A stretch of DNA of 64,000 nucleotides, taken from positions 662,587 to 726,586 of the forward strand of contig CP060229.1 in the NCBI GenBank assembly GCA_023898585.1, given 5' to 3'. Position numbers and translations under genes: made by a program. Source of the stretch: Candidatus Nomurabacteria bacterium (lineage in GTDB: Bacteria; Patescibacteriota; Minisyncoccia; Phycocordibacterales; UBA918). The notes beneath the pieces are model-generated. The model made no database searches, was not told where the DNA came from, and worked only from the letters and a program-made list of their open reading frames with translations. Below, piece after piece: positions 9,953 to 20,997 of this stretch. Within the stretch, counting starts at the first letter, position 1, and every line of letters starts with the position of its first letter.

Positions 9953-11176
9953 ATGAGAGTACTAACATTTGGCTGGGAATACCCGCCCGCAAAAAATGGT
10001 GGTTTAGGCGTAGCTTGTTACGGCCTTACTCGTGAGCTTCTACAAAGTGGCGTAGAGGTAATTTTTGTGTTACCTAAAACCCAAACCACTCGCGGGGACG
10101 CGAGATTTTTGTTTGCCGATCAGGAAAGACTGCTCAAAGTTAGACACACAGACGTTTCTCTCAAGCCGTATCACCAAGCGGACGACCTTATAAATATTAT
10201 TGTTGGCTATGAAAAAGACGGCACTCCGATTATAAGATCCAGAACCATTATCGAGGAGGCTCACCGGTTTGCTCATCAGGCGTCCCTTATTGCAAAAGAG
10301 GAGGAGTTCGACGTCATTCACGCGCACGATTGGACATCATTTTTGGCCGGAGTCGCTGCTAAAATCGCTAGCGGAAAAAAATTGATCCTTCACGTGCATG
10401 CCACTTCTTTCGATCAAGCAGCTAGCAATAATGTCGACCCTGCCATTTTTAAAATTGAGAAGGAGTGCTTAGCGATGGCCGATAAGGTTGTGACAGTGAG
10501 TGGTTACACGAAAAATATAGTTGTCCACAAACATGGAGTGCCGGCCGAAAAAGTTGAAGTAGTGTACAACGGATGTGACGCACATGAGCCCGATAGATTA
10601 CCGCCGGTCTTATCGACCTTGAAACAGCAAGGTAAAAAAATAGTTTTGTACCATGGTCGAATCAGTATTCAAAAAGGAGTAGATTATTTTGTTCGGGCGG
10701 CCCGAAGAGTTGTCGATGTAGATCCGAATGTTGTCTTTGTTATCTCTGGCTGGGGCGATATGAAAGCGGAAATAATTGAACTGGTTGGAAAGATGGGTCT
10801 TTCCGAAAATGTGCTTTTTGCGGGCGCTCTTTGGGAAGAAGACAGAGATCGTATGTACCAAAGTGCCGATCTGGTTGTCATGCCTTCCGTTTCGGAACCG
10901 TTCGGCCTCGTTCCTCTTGAAGCTCTGCAACAGGGAACACCCTCAGTGATCAGTAAACAATCCGGGGTTTCTGAGGTGCTGACTCATGCTCTCAAGGTTG
11001 ATTTTTGGGACATTGAAGAAATGGCGAACCAAATATTATCCAGCTTGCGCTACCCGGTCGTGCGTAGTCAATTGGTAAATGAGGGTAAGATACAGATGAG
11101 AGGTATCTCGTGGAGGCGGGCCGCGGAAAAGATACGTGAGATTTATCAAAATTTGGTACAATACGTCACAACCTAG
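9953..11176 (+). CDS. GT-B glycosyltransferase (GT4/GT5, glycogen-synthase-like)
   Basis: N-terminal GWEYPP.KNGGLGVA motif and a C-terminal EPFGLVPLEA motif. The start could also be at 9932. Confidence 0.75.
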   Translation: MRVLTFGWEYPPAKNGGLGVACYGLTRELLQSGVEVIFVLPKTQTTRGDARFLFADQERLLKVRHTDVSLKPYHQADDLINIIVGYEKDGTPIIRSRTIIEEAHRFAHQASLIAKEEEFDVIHAHDWTSFLAGVAAKIASGKKLILHVHATSFDQAASNNVDPAIFKIEKECLAMADKVVTVSGYTKNIVVHKHGVPAEKVEVVYNGCDAHEPDRLPPVLSTLKQQGKKIVLYHGRISIQKGVDYFVRAARRVVDVDPNVVFVISGWGDMKAEIIELVGKMGLSENVLFAGALWEEDRDRMYQSADLVVMPSVSEPFGLVPLEALQQGTPSVISKQSGVSEVLTHALKVDFWDIEEMANQILSSLRYPVVRSQLVNEGKIQMRGISWRRAAEKIREIYQNLVQYVTT

Positions 11177-11179
11177 TCT

Positions 11180-12619
11180 ATGCTTACAGTTTGTCCTTAT
11201 TTTCACGTTCACCAACCATACAGAATAAAGCGTTATCGCGTGTTTGATATCGGTAACGACACAGAGTATTTTAATGACAATAGCGAAACTGACTTAAACA
11301 ATAGGAGAATTGTCGAAAAAGTAGCCCATAAGTCTTATCGACCCACCAACAAAATTTTAAAGGAATTGTTGGATAATCATCCGGAGTTTCGTTTCAACCT
11401 TTCTTTTTCCGGAACTGTCCTTGACCAGTTTGAAGCATATGCGCCTGACGTATTGGAATCGTTTCAGGAATTAGTGGCGACCGGCCGAGTGGAAATCTTG
11501 GCTGACACTTACCACCACTCTCTGGCTTTCTTTTATTCCATTCCCGAGTTTGAGCGACAAGTGAAACAACACGAACGTCGAATCAAGCAGTTGTTCGGAG
11601 TGAAGCCCAGAGTATTCCGCAACACGGAGCTTTCGTACCGCAACGACTTAGCGAAGTGGTGTGAAGATAACGGCTATCTTGGCATTATGGCTGAGGGTTG
11701 GGATAAGTATCTGGGGTGGAGAAGTCCCAACTACTTATACCGACCGTCTGGTTGTAATAAGATAAAAGTCTTGCTGAAAAACTATAAGCTATCGGATGAC
11801 ATCGCTTTTCGTTTCGGCAACAAACAATGGTCGAGTTACCCACTCAAGGCCGACACCTACGCCAACTGGATTCATGCGCACCACGGAGATGGGGAAACGG
11901 TAAATTTGTTTATGGATTATGAGAGCTTCGGCGAACATCAGTGGGAAGACACGGGAATTTTTGATTTCCTTCGAGCTATACCGGAGATGATAATGCGTCA
12001 TCCTGATACGGGTTTTAAAACAGCGACTGAAACTGTTCAAAGCTACAATGTGACCGGAGAATATGATGTTCCGGAGGTGCTCACTTGGGCCGATACAGAC
12101 CGAGACCTGACCGCTTGGACCGGTAACGATATTCAGCGAGATGCAATCGCTACTATATACCGCATGGAGAAAGATGTTATGGCGACTCGTAAAAAGGACT
12201 TGATCGAGACTTGGCGTAAGCTTCAAACTTCTGATCATTTTTATTACATGTGTACCAAGTGGTCCAACGATGGGGATGTGCACGCTTACTTCAGTCCGTA
12301 CCAATCCCCATATGATGCGTATATCGCTTTCATGAATGCACTCAGTGATTTACAATTAAGGGTGAAGCACGTTATGGATGAAAAAGAAGCTAAAGAAAAA
12401 GCCGAACAGGCTTCACTGGCTTCAGAAGTAGGGAAGGAGGAAAAAGATAATGATGAAAGAAAGAAGGAAGAGGACTCCGGTTCCAATGATTCAGCTTTTG
12501 ACGATAAGACCGAAAAAGCCGCTCCTCCTTCACGCCCGTCACCACGTCGTTGGTGGGAGAAAATCATTAACGCTTTACCGTTCTTTAATAGCCTCCGTCG
12601 TGGGGAAATAAGTTCTTAG
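11180..12619 (+). CDS. GH57 family alpha-glucan enzyme (amylase/branching/4-alpha-glucanotransferase-like) with low-complexity K/E-rich C-terminal tail
   Basis: N-terminal FHVHQPYR (HQP motif of GH57). The last ~90 aa are KE-rich and low-complexity. Confidence 0.75.
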   Translation: MLTVCPYFHVHQPYRIKRYRVFDIGNDTEYFNDNSETDLNNRRIVEKVAHKSYRPTNKILKELLDNHPEFRFNLSFSGTVLDQFEAYAPDVLESFQELVATGRVEILADTYHHSLAFFYSIPEFERQVKQHERRIKQLFGVKPRVFRNTELSYRNDLAKWCEDNGYLGIMAEGWDKYLGWRSPNYLYRPSGCNKIKVLLKNYKLSDDIAFRFGNKQWSSYPLKADTYANWIHAHHGDGETVNLFMDYESFGEHQWEDTGIFDFLRAIPEMIMRHPDTGFKTATETVQSYNVTGEYDVPEVLTWADTDRDLTAWTGNDIQRDAIATIYRMEKDVMATRKKDLIETWRKLQTSDHFYYMCTKWSNDGDVHAYFSPYQSPYDAYIAFMNALSDLQLRVKHVMDEKEAKEKAEQASLASEVGKEEKDNDERKKEEDSGSNDSAFDDKTEKAAPPSRPSPRRWWEKIINALPFFNSLRRGEISS

Positions 12620-12623
12620 TTTT

Positions 12624-13040
12624 ATGTCAATAAAAAAAATAGCAAAAAAAACAGCCAAAAAAGTCCCGATTAAAAAAGTCACAGTAAAAAAAGCCACGGT
12701 AAAAAAAGTGGCAAAAAAAACTACACCTAAGAAATCGGTTAAAAAGGCGACAGGAAAGACTAGATCGTCTAAGAAAGATTTGATTTTTGCTAATGATCAA
12801 ACTTCCTTTTGGGTCAAAGACGGGCGAATCTTAAACAGTTTGATCGCCCTTCGTGATGCACTTAATGAGATGGAAAAAGAAGTTTACGTCTATCACGCAA
12901 CTGGCGAACATAATGATTTTGCTAATTGGGTGGAAGCGGTTTTGCGTGACAGTGTATGCGCCAAAGATTTGGAAAAAGCCAAAACTCCTAATTCCGCCAA
13001 AACCATTATAGTTCGTCATCTTAAATCTTACTCAGTTTAG
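12624..13040 (+). CDS. Lys-rich histone H1/Hc-like N-terminus fused to an uncharacterised C-terminal domain
   Basis: AKKTAKKVPIKKVTVKKATVKKVAKKTTPKK repeats followed by a ~80 aa globular domain. Confidence 0.5.
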   Translation: MSIKKIAKKTAKKVPIKKVTVKKATVKKVAKKTTPKKSVKKATGKTRSSKKDLIFANDQTSFWVKDGRILNSLIALRDALNEMEKEVYVYHATGEHNDFANWVEAVLRDSVCAKDLEKAKTPNSAKTIIVRHLKSYSV

Positions 13041-13049
13041 GACCTTAGT

Positions 13050-15026
13050 ATGGCCAGATCTGTAACAATTGGAAATGGCAATCTGCTGGTCGGTCTCGAT
13101 GCGCGAGGGCAGGTGAGAGATTTATACTTTCCTTACGTCGGAGAGGCCAACCATGTCAGTGGTGCGAGTGGAAATAATGTCCATCGCATCGGTATTTTTG
13201 TTGATGGAAAAATATCATGGTTAGATGATCCGGAATGGAAAATCACGATTTGTTCGGAAGAAAATTCTTGCATAGGAACGATGTTTGCGGAGAACCTTGA
13301 ACTGGGAATAGCTATCGCCAGCCGTGACGCAGTACATAATGAAAAAAATATTTTTTTAAGACATTTCACAATCCATAACAACAGAAGTGAAACTCGCACG
13401 GTAAAGTTATTTTTGTCACAACAGTTCAGAATCTTTGAGTCCAGGCGGGGGGACACTGGATTTTATGACCCGAGAGTCAACGCTATTATTCACTACAAAG
13501 GTGATACGACTATCTTGGTAAACGCCATGACCGGTAAGCAACCATTTCAAGAATACAACATCGGCTTATTTGGTATTGAGGGCAAGGAAGGAACTTACTT
13601 GGATGCGGTTGATGGTGTTCTTGAAAGAAACCCGATTGAGCACGGCTCGGTTGACTCTGTTATAGGCCTCACTTTTTCCATCGCTGGACATGCTTCCAAC
13701 GATACTTACTACTGGATTGTGTGTGGCTCTTCGATAGCCGAGGTGCACACACTGGACGAGTTGGTTTTAAGTGAAAAACCAGATAGGTTGATCGCTTCAA
13801 CCGAGGCTTACTGGCAAGCTTGGCTGAAGAAGGAGAAGACGGACTTGTCTATTTTACCGGCGGAGCTTCAGTCCTTGTATAGAAGATCGTTGATGGTTTT
13901 GCGTGTACACACAGACAACCGCGGAGGTATCATCGCTTCCAGTGACACTGACATGTTGCATCATGGTCGAGACACTTACAGTTACGTTTGGCCGAGAGAC
14001 GCCGCGATTATTGCTTACACTTTCGATCAAACCGGTTACAGAGATGCGTCTCGACGGTTTTTTGAGTTTGCGTCCGAACGCCTGGACCCAAGTGGCTACT
14101 TGATGCATAAGTATAGGAGTGACGGAGTACTTGGTAGTTCATGGCACCCGTGGATAATAAACGGCGAACCTAAACTGCCTATTCAAGAAGACGAAACCGC
14201 CACTGTCGTTTTTGTGCTGTGGGAGCATTATGAGAAATATCGCGACATTGAGTTTATAGAATCAATGTACAACTCATTTATTGAACCGGCGGCCGAATTT
14301 ATGTGTGAATACATCGAATCGACCACTGGCCTTCCGCAAGCTTCTTTTGATTTATGGGAAGAGAAGTACGGCACTTCGACGTATACAGCGTCTTCGGTCT
14401 ATGGTGGATTGATGGCGGCCGCTAAATTCGCCAATACTCTTGGTAAGGAAGACTCTTCTCGCACTTATCAGGCTATCGCGGAAAGAATGCGAACAGCCAT
14501 CGGTAATGTTTTGTATGATAAAGAGCGGGGATTTTTTGTGAAGCATGTACTTCATACCCCGGATGGTGAATTGACTTACGACAATACCATTGATAGTAGC
14601 AGTCTGTACGGACTATTGTTTTTCAGGGTGTTTGATGTAGATGATGAGAGAGTGACCAAAATGGTCAAGGCGGTAGAAGAAAAGTTGCAGATTAGTGGTC
14701 AAAGTAGAGGATTCATTCGTTATGAAGGAGATGCCTATTACCGAATGCACAATGCCGAGACTCCTAATCCTTGGGTCATTACTACTCTTTGGATCGCTCG
14801 CTATTACACAGAAAAGGCTGAGGCAATGAAAGATTTGAAGTACCCATTAGAAATTCTCAACTGGACAGGTTCGCACGCGAATAATGGTGGTATGTTGGCC
14901 GAACAAATGCATCCCAACACGAGAGAACAGCTTTCCACCTCACCGCTGGTCTGGAGTCACGCCGAATTTGTGTTAGCTGTCAGAGCTTATCTGAGTAAGG
15001 TTGAGGAGCTGAAAGGGAAAGAGTAG
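13050..15026 (+). CDS. GH15 glucoamylase/glucodextranase-like hydrolase
   Basis: 658 aa, (alpha/alpha)6 catalytic-region motifs such as YVWPRDAA and WEEK. Confidence 0.8.
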   Translation: MARSVTIGNGNLLVGLDARGQVRDLYFPYVGEANHVSGASGNNVHRIGIFVDGKISWLDDPEWKITICSEENSCIGTMFAENLELGIAIASRDAVHNEKNIFLRHFTIHNNRSETRTVKLFLSQQFRIFESRRGDTGFYDPRVNAIIHYKGDTTILVNAMTGKQPFQEYNIGLFGIEGKEGTYLDAVDGVLERNPIEHGSVDSVIGLTFSIAGHASNDTYYWIVCGSSIAEVHTLDELVLSEKPDRLIASTEAYWQAWLKKEKTDLSILPAELQSLYRRSLMVLRVHTDNRGGIIASSDTDMLHHGRDTYSYVWPRDAAIIAYTFDQTGYRDASRRFFEFASERLDPSGYLMHKYRSDGVLGSSWHPWIINGEPKLPIQEDETATVVFVLWEHYEKYRDIEFIESMYNSFIEPAAEFMCEYIESTTGLPQASFDLWEEKYGTSTYTASSVYGGLMAAAKFANTLGKEDSSRTYQAIAERMRTAIGNVLYDKERGFFVKHVLHTPDGELTYDNTIDSSSLYGLLFFRVFDVDDERVTKMVKAVEEKLQISGQSRGFIRYEGDAYYRMHNAETPNPWVITTLWIARYYTEKAEAMKDLKYPLEILNWTGSHANNGGMLAEQMHPNTREQLSTSPLVWSHAEFVLAVRAYLSKVEELKGKE

Positions 15027-15118
15027 TTTAGAGCATGTTCGAAAACCCTACACAAAAGAGTAAATTCTTGTCTAATATTTTGCAAACCTTTGGAGCTCGG
15101 AGGGTTTTTGGACATGCT

Positions 15119-15925
15119 CTAGAATTCCTTCCTCCAAGCTTTGTCGTTATCATTAAAAACCCCGATTTTGGTTCGGTGAATGTGCCAAGCCAAACCACAA
15201 GTATTTAATTTTTTTGCGATCACGCTAGCCAATGAACGCATGTACGAGCCTGAGGAGGCTGTACATGTGAAGCTTAAGATAAAGTATGTGTTGGGGAGTA
15301 GTGGATTTACGCGAAAATTTTCCCAGTCTGCTCTTACGTCGACGCGACGAAAGTCGTTACCAATAGCTTTTCTTAGATCAGTAACCGGGGGAATAGTGTC
15401 GATTTTGGCGCGTGCTTGATCGTAAATTTCTTCCCGGGTTAGCGTTTCGGCTTTTAAAAACTCCAACCCGTAAACAGTTGAGGTTTTGGTCGGTATTTCT
15501 ATTTCATCCAGTTTGCCTTCGAGAGTCCAGGTATGTAAGGGTTTACCCCGAACGGTTTTGGAAGAAAAACGAGGATAAGGAAGCTCTATTTCTCCCACCA
15601 AACCAGCAATCACGTCAAATATAATAGTACTATTAACCGTAATATCAGCCTTACATGTTTTTAGGCGCCCTAATACATCGAGTGAATCAGACTCAATCCC
15701 CAATAATACGGAAAAATCATACTCCTTATCCAGATTGTGATAGTCTTTTTGGTTTTTACATTCTTCTCCGAGCAAAATCAACAGCTTGCCGGAAGCCATC
15801 GGGTCGAGTCTTCCGGCGTAAGCCATCGCTACGCCTTCCAGCTCTGGATGTTTAGCTCTATAAGCTTCGGCACAAGAAAGGGGAGTCTCACCAATACTTT
15901 TTTCTAAAGTTATGTATTTCTCCAT
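15119..15925 (-). CDS. truB: tRNA pseudouridine(55) synthase
   Basis: GRLDPMASGKLLILLG (catalytic Asp motif). Confidence 0.85.
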   Translation of the reverse strand: MEKYITLEKSIGETPLSCAEAYRAKHPELEGVAMAYAGRLDPMASGKLLILLGEECKNQKDYHNLDKEYDFSVLLGIESDSLDVLGRLKTCKADITVNSTIIFDVIAGLVGEIELPYPRFSSKTVRGKPLHTWTLEGKLDEIEIPTKTSTVYGLEFLKAETLTREEIYDQARAKIDTIPPVTDLRKAIGNDFRRVDVRADWENFRVNPLLPNTYFILSFTCTASSGSYMRSLASVIAKKLNTCGLAWHIHRTKIGVFNDNDKAWRKEF

Positions 15926-16088
15926 ACCACTAACCCAGTGGATTTCCGCCTAAAAAAGAATTTACAATCAGTAGCAAGATAAATGCTCCAATCGCTAGAA
16001 CAACGTATTTCATATTTTCATATTATATCAAAAGAACGATATATTAGTGACAAGATGAAATTTATGTATTTTATCAAGACCCTTCCCC

Positions 16089-16116
16089 TTGACTGTGTTT
16101 TCTAAAGTAGTAGTAT
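16089..16116 (+). promoter_or_regulatory. Candidate sigma70-type promoter of the ATPase operon
   Basis: TTGACT-16 nt-TAGTAT, ~120 nt upstream of the first operon gene. Confidence 0.3.
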
Positions 16117-16235
16117 GCAGTCGCATAGGTGTTTCGGTATTATCGATTCTTTATGCAAAAAGTGTTTGCATACTGTTTTAACTCCTCCAAAAGTTTCTCA
16201 GTATTCGTTAATCTAACAACGTTTTTTATTTTTTT

Positions 16236-16538
16236 ATGACAGCCTTCAATGAAGTTCTGACTGCTGAGGAAGAAGCGGAAAAATTAATCAGTGTTACCAA
16301 GGAAGAAACAGAAGAAGCTGTTTCTGTTGCTCGTCAGGAACGACAAAAACGACTTGAAGCCGAAAAAACAAGATTGGCCGAGCTCGAAAAGAGTATTCTC
16401 GATTCCCACGAATCTGTTACCAAAAAAGCAACTGTCGATATCGAGTCTGGAGTAAAGGATCAAATTAATGTCGTTAAACAACGTTTTGATGCCAAGAAAA
16501 GCACTTTGAAGACTATAGTCAAGCAAAGTCTCTCATAA
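16236..16538 (+). CDS. atpH: A/V-type ATPase peripheral stalk subunit (H/G-like)
   Basis: 100 aa coiled-coil protein, first gene of the H-I-K-E-C-F-A-B-D operon. Confidence 0.5.
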   Translation: MTAFNEVLTAEEEAEKLISVTKEETEEAVSVARQERQKRLEAEKTRLAELEKSILDSHESVTKKATVDIESGVKDQINVVKQRFDAKKSTLKTIVKQSLS

Positions 16539-16555
16539 TATTTTTTTGATTACTT

Positions 16556-18523
16556 ATGTCTGTTGTCCCAATGCAAAAAGTCCGTTTGTCGGTACACACC
16601 GCTGATGTGGACGTTGCGCTTGGTATAGTCCAGCGTGTTAGTGCGGTTGAATTCATTCCAACAGAAATGGGAGACATGCGGGAAATCAGATTGAGTTTTC
16701 CTTATGCTGAATTGCTTCCCAGAATTCAGCACGCAGTGCAATTTCTTGAAGTTTACGCACCAAAAGTGGGTCTTTGGCGTACTTTGCGAGAAGGGTCAAG
16801 AACGGATTTGACTGAAAAAGATATAAAAAAAAGAATACAGAACACCGACGTTATGTTGCCTTTGGTTGAAGACTTTGAAACACTGCAGGTAGAGTTTGCT
16901 GAAGTAACTGAAAAAAAGCGTTTATTGGAGGAACAGCACGACCTTTTGCTTGTCTGGAAGAAATTGCCTATCAAGTTGAGCAAGCTCAACACCAAGAGAA
17001 CAAAGACGTTGTTGGTTGAGAAACACTTTTCAACCAAAGAGGTAGACTCACTCAAACAGCTGTTGGAAACAGCTTTGCTGGAAAAATCGATACCGAATCT
17101 AATAACTGAAGTTTCCGACAACGCGGTTGCTGTTACCTTAGTGAAAGATAACGAGCTTATTTCTCAAGTGGAGAAACTGATAGCATCGCTTAATGCCGAG
17201 GTGATCACTCCGCCTCAGGGTGAAGAAACGCCGGATGTAGAGTTTGTGGCCGTATCAGACAAATTGGCTAAGGTAAAGAATGAGTTAGCCCTTTTGCACG
17301 ATCAGGCTGAGCACTTTGCTATGACCCATATCAAGCCTTTACAAATAGCCGGTGAGATTCTTTCTTGGCAAAAAGCGCGTTTTGATATTGTGCATGATGC
17401 GGGAGCTACAAGATACACAGTAGTTTTCGACGGTTGGCTTAACGAGAGTAAACGAGAAGCGATTGAAGCTGAATTTGAAAGACAGAATGTCGCCGCGATG
17501 TTTATCGAACGCGCACTCGATAAAGACGAGCAACCACCGGTTGATATAGTCAATTCACCTTTTGTTCAGCCTTTTGAAGCTGTGACTCGATTGTACGGAA
17601 TGCCGGGTTACAGAGATCTTGACCCGACTGTGTTTTTGGCCGGTTTCTTTTTTCTTTTCTTCGGTCTATCTTTGACTGATGTGGGCTATGGTTTGTTTTT
17701 GATGGTGGCTTCGGCTGTCATCTTGACCTGGTTTAAGGTCACTCAACCTATTCGTCTCTTTGCTAAATTATTGCTGTTTGTCGGTTTTGCCACGGTGTTG
17801 GTCGGGGCTTTGTTTGGAGGTTATCTCGGTATTGATCCTAAGTTGTTGCCGGAATCTCTGAAGGCAATTCAAATGTTCGACCCGATTGGGAATCCTCTGC
17901 CTGTGTTCTACCTGGCTCTTGGCCTTGGAGTGTTTCAAGTAATGGTCGGCATGTTGGTGAAGATCTACAGTGATCACAAGCAAGGCCGATTGGTGGAGGG
18001 TGTTATGGATCAGGGTCCGTGGTTGCTTGTGTTTTCTTTAGCCCTACTTTACTTGGCTACCAGTCTTGAGTATGTTAGTTTCTTGTCTCTCGGACAGATA
18101 ACCAATTTGATTTACGTCGGTATCGTTTTGATCATACTCTCAAGTGGTCGAAAAGGGGAAACCATTTTTGCTAAAATCAAAGATGCTCTGTCAGGGCTTT
18201 ACAGTAGTATCGGATACTTCTCGGACATACTATCTTACTCGCGTTTGTTGGCCCTCGGTTTAGCCACTACTGCTCTCGCTTTTGCAGTGAACATGATAGC
18301 CGGAATGGTTTTTGATAAGGAATCGTATATCACGTATGTTATCGCCGGCATTATTTTGATTATAGGACATCTATTTACTCTGGCTGTCAATACCTTGGGC
18401 GCCTTCATTCATAGCGCTCGATTGCAGTTCGTTGAATTTTTTGGTAAGTTCATCGCTGGAACCGGGAAAGAATTTGCCCCGCTCTCTCGTACGGAAAAAC
18501 ATCTCACGATCGTAGATGATTGA
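16556..18523 (+). CDS. atpI: A/V-type ATPase subunit I (a)
   Basis: 655 aa, soluble N-terminal half plus C-terminal multi-TM domain. Confidence 0.8.
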   Translation: MSVVPMQKVRLSVHTADVDVALGIVQRVSAVEFIPTEMGDMREIRLSFPYAELLPRIQHAVQFLEVYAPKVGLWRTLREGSRTDLTEKDIKKRIQNTDVMLPLVEDFETLQVEFAEVTEKKRLLEEQHDLLLVWKKLPIKLSKLNTKRTKTLLVEKHFSTKEVDSLKQLLETALLEKSIPNLITEVSDNAVAVTLVKDNELISQVEKLIASLNAEVITPPQGEETPDVEFVAVSDKLAKVKNELALLHDQAEHFAMTHIKPLQIAGEILSWQKARFDIVHDAGATRYTVVFDGWLNESKREAIEAEFERQNVAAMFIERALDKDEQPPVDIVNSPFVQPFEAVTRLYGMPGYRDLDPTVFLAGFFFLFFGLSLTDVGYGLFLMVASAVILTWFKVTQPIRLFAKLLLFVGFATVLVGALFGGYLGIDPKLLPESLKAIQMFDPIGNPLPVFYLALGLGVFQVMVGMLVKIYSDHKQGRLVEGVMDQGPWLLVFSLALLYLATSLEYVSFLSLGQITNLIYVGIVLIILSSGRKGETIFAKIKDALSGLYSSIGYFSDILSYSRLLALGLATTALAFAVNMIAGMVFDKESYITYVIAGIILIIGHLFTLAVNTLGAFIHSARLQFVEFFGKFIAGTGKEFAPLSRTEKHLTIVDD

Positions 18524-18536
18524 TCGTAGAGTTTAA

Positions 18537-19052
<516 letters not shown>

Positions 19053-19064
19053 ATTTAATTACTC

Positions 19065-19634
19065 ATGTCTCAAAAAACGCTGATCGAAAAAATCGCACAG
19101 GATGCATCCAACACGGTTGCGGAAATAAAATCAAAAGGAGCGACTGAAATCGAAGTGATTCAGCGTGAGACTGAGAGAATGATTGCAGAACTCAACAAAT
19201 CACAAAATATCGCCTTGGAGAAAAAGAAAGCGCAAATGGAACTGGTGGCGATTTCACGAGCAAAACAAACCGGCAACATTTCCATTCAGAGCGCAAAAAG
19301 AGACTGTATCAATGAGATATTTGATGAGGTTTGCAAAGAATTGGAAGAACAATCCGCCGATGAATACGTGACTTTCTTTAAGAAGCATGCAGTAGACACT
19401 GTTCCGAAAACAGTGGAGGTTGTTAAGATTCACGCTCCCGCAAAGAGGCGAGAAGAAACCGGTAAAATTCTTGAGAGCCTCGGTTTGACGGGAGAGATTG
19501 TCGCTGATTCGGATATTAAGGCCGGGCTGGTCGTCTATGCAAAAGATGGCGTGTACGACGTGACCCTTGGTCGTCTTATGGGTGAGAGGCGAGCGGATTT
19601 GGAAATGTTGGTGGTAAGTAAGGTCATGTCTTAA
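19065..19634 (+). CDS. atpE: A/V-type ATPase subunit E
   Basis: 189 aa, coiled-coil N-terminus, operon position. Confidence 0.7.
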   Translation: MSQKTLIEKIAQDASNTVAEIKSKGATEIEVIQRETERMIAELNKSQNIALEKKKAQMELVAISRAKQTGNISIQSAKRDCINEIFDEVCKELEEQSADEYVTFFKKHAVDTVPKTVEVVKIHAPAKRREETGKILESLGLTGEIVADSDIKAGLVVYAKDGVYDVTLGRLMGERRADLEMLVVSKVMS

Positions 19635-19642
19635 TTATCGAT

Positions 19643-20635
19643 ATGAAGACCTCGTATATCTATAGTGTCAGTCGAGTCAATGCTTTATCGCAGTTTTTGT
19701 TAACCAAGACTGACATTGACCGTCTGTTAGTCGCTGACAAAGGAGAAGATATGCAATCAGCTTTGAAAGAAACATATTTGGCTCCCTATATAGTACGGGT
19801 ACCGAATGAGGATGTCTCTCTGGCGATAGAGCAAACACTTATAGACGCAAAACACCTCGTGCACAGGTTGTCACCCAATAGCGATAGCGACATGTTTCGT
19901 ATCATGTGGATTCAATATGATATTCACAACTTGCGTGTGTTCGCTAAGGCAACGGCGAGTAAGTTGGCTTACGAAGAATGCGGAGCTTTTCTGTCTCATC
20001 GGGGAGTTTATGATCCCGAATATTTATATTCGTGTGTGGAGAAAGGATCGTTAGACTCGCTTCAGCCGGGTTGGCAAAAAGCTTATGAAAAAGCCCTTCA
20101 AACCGTAGCTGTCGGTGATATTCATGTCGTGGATGGAATTTTTGACGAACTTTATTTTACCACCAGTAAAGCTATCTTAAATGTCGTCGGTGATCAGTTC
20201 ATGAAGTCCTATTTGTCAACTTATATAGATCTTTATAATCTGAAAAGTCGATTGCGACATCTCAAAAATGAAGGAGTGGATTTCAAACCGGTCTTTGTGG
20301 ACGGAGGAAGCTTTACTGCGGACAAAATTGAAACGGCAGAAGATGTCTATACTATTTTTTCTCGCTTTGGCGGATCAGATTTTTGGAAGGAGGCTATCGA
20401 GTACTACCAAGCGACTGGCAATACAACAAGTATCGACGCCCGCTCCGGCGAGTTTATGCTTGTTTTTGCAAAGGAGGGAAGTTACGATATGTTCTCGCCT
20501 GCTTCACTAGTTCTTTATTATTTGAAGTGTAGACAAGCGGCAGCCAATATCCGCATTATTGTGGTAGGGATAAACAGTGGTATGAAGGAGTCTGCAATTC
20601 GAGCAAATTTACGCATGGCCTATGTCAACGACTAA
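19643..20635 (+). CDS. atpC: A/V-type ATPase subunit C (d)
   Basis: 330 aa helical protein, operon position. Confidence 0.7.
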   Translation: MKTSYIYSVSRVNALSQFLLTKTDIDRLLVADKGEDMQSALKETYLAPYIVRVPNEDVSLAIEQTLIDAKHLVHRLSPNSDSDMFRIMWIQYDIHNLRVFAKATASKLAYEECGAFLSHRGVYDPEYLYSCVEKGSLDSLQPGWQKAYEKALQTVAVGDIHVVDGIFDELYFTTSKAILNVVGDQFMKSYLSTYIDLYNLKSRLRHLKNEGVDFKPVFVDGGSFTADKIETAEDVYTIFSRFGGSDFWKEAIEYYQATGNTTSIDARSGEFMLVFAKEGSYDMFSPASLVLYYLKCRQAAANIRIIVVGINSGMKESAIRANLRMAYVND

Positions 20636-20972
20636 TCATTACAAAATAGCCATTATCGGGCCTAATGATACGGTTTCGGGATTTAAGGCACTCGGGGTCG
20701 ATTGCTTCGACGCGCAAAATGCCGAAGATGCTCTTAATGTCTTAAAAAAGATTAAACAACAAACACTGGATTCACAGTCAGGCACCAATTACGCCATCGT
20801 TTGTATTATCGAAGATCTGGTCTCGTCAGTTGAGCAGTCCGAATATTCAAAGGTGGTAGAAGGTCCGTTACCGGCTGTCGTGATTTTACCCGGTCCGGAA
20901 GGGAGTAAGGGCTTTGCTCTAAATAGATTGAGAAAACTCGCCGAGCAGGCAGTTGGCTCAGCCATTATTTAA
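20622..20972 (+). CDS. atpF: A/V-type ATPase subunit F
   Basis: 116 aa, operon position, overlaps atpC by 14 nt. Confidence 0.7.
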   Translation: MSTTNHYKIAIIGPNDTVSGFKALGVDCFDAQNAEDALNVLKKIKQQTLDSQSGTNYAIVCIIEDLVSSVEQSEYSKVVEGPLPAVVILPGPEGSKGFALNRLRKLAEQAVGSAII

Positions 20973-20997
20973 TAATTTATTCATTTACAAGATTACC

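Noticed and set aside
12286-12567. Minus-strand 93-aa ORF inside the GH57 3' tail
   Set aside because: It is a mirror-image low-complexity (S/E/F-rich) product of the K/E-rich coding tail, and is spurious.
15926-16015. 27-codon minus-strand ORF (MKYVVLAIGAFILLLIVNSFLGGNPLG) just upstream of truB
   Set aside because: It is plausible as a tiny membrane peptide, but it is too short, has no RBS, and is not distinguishable from chance.
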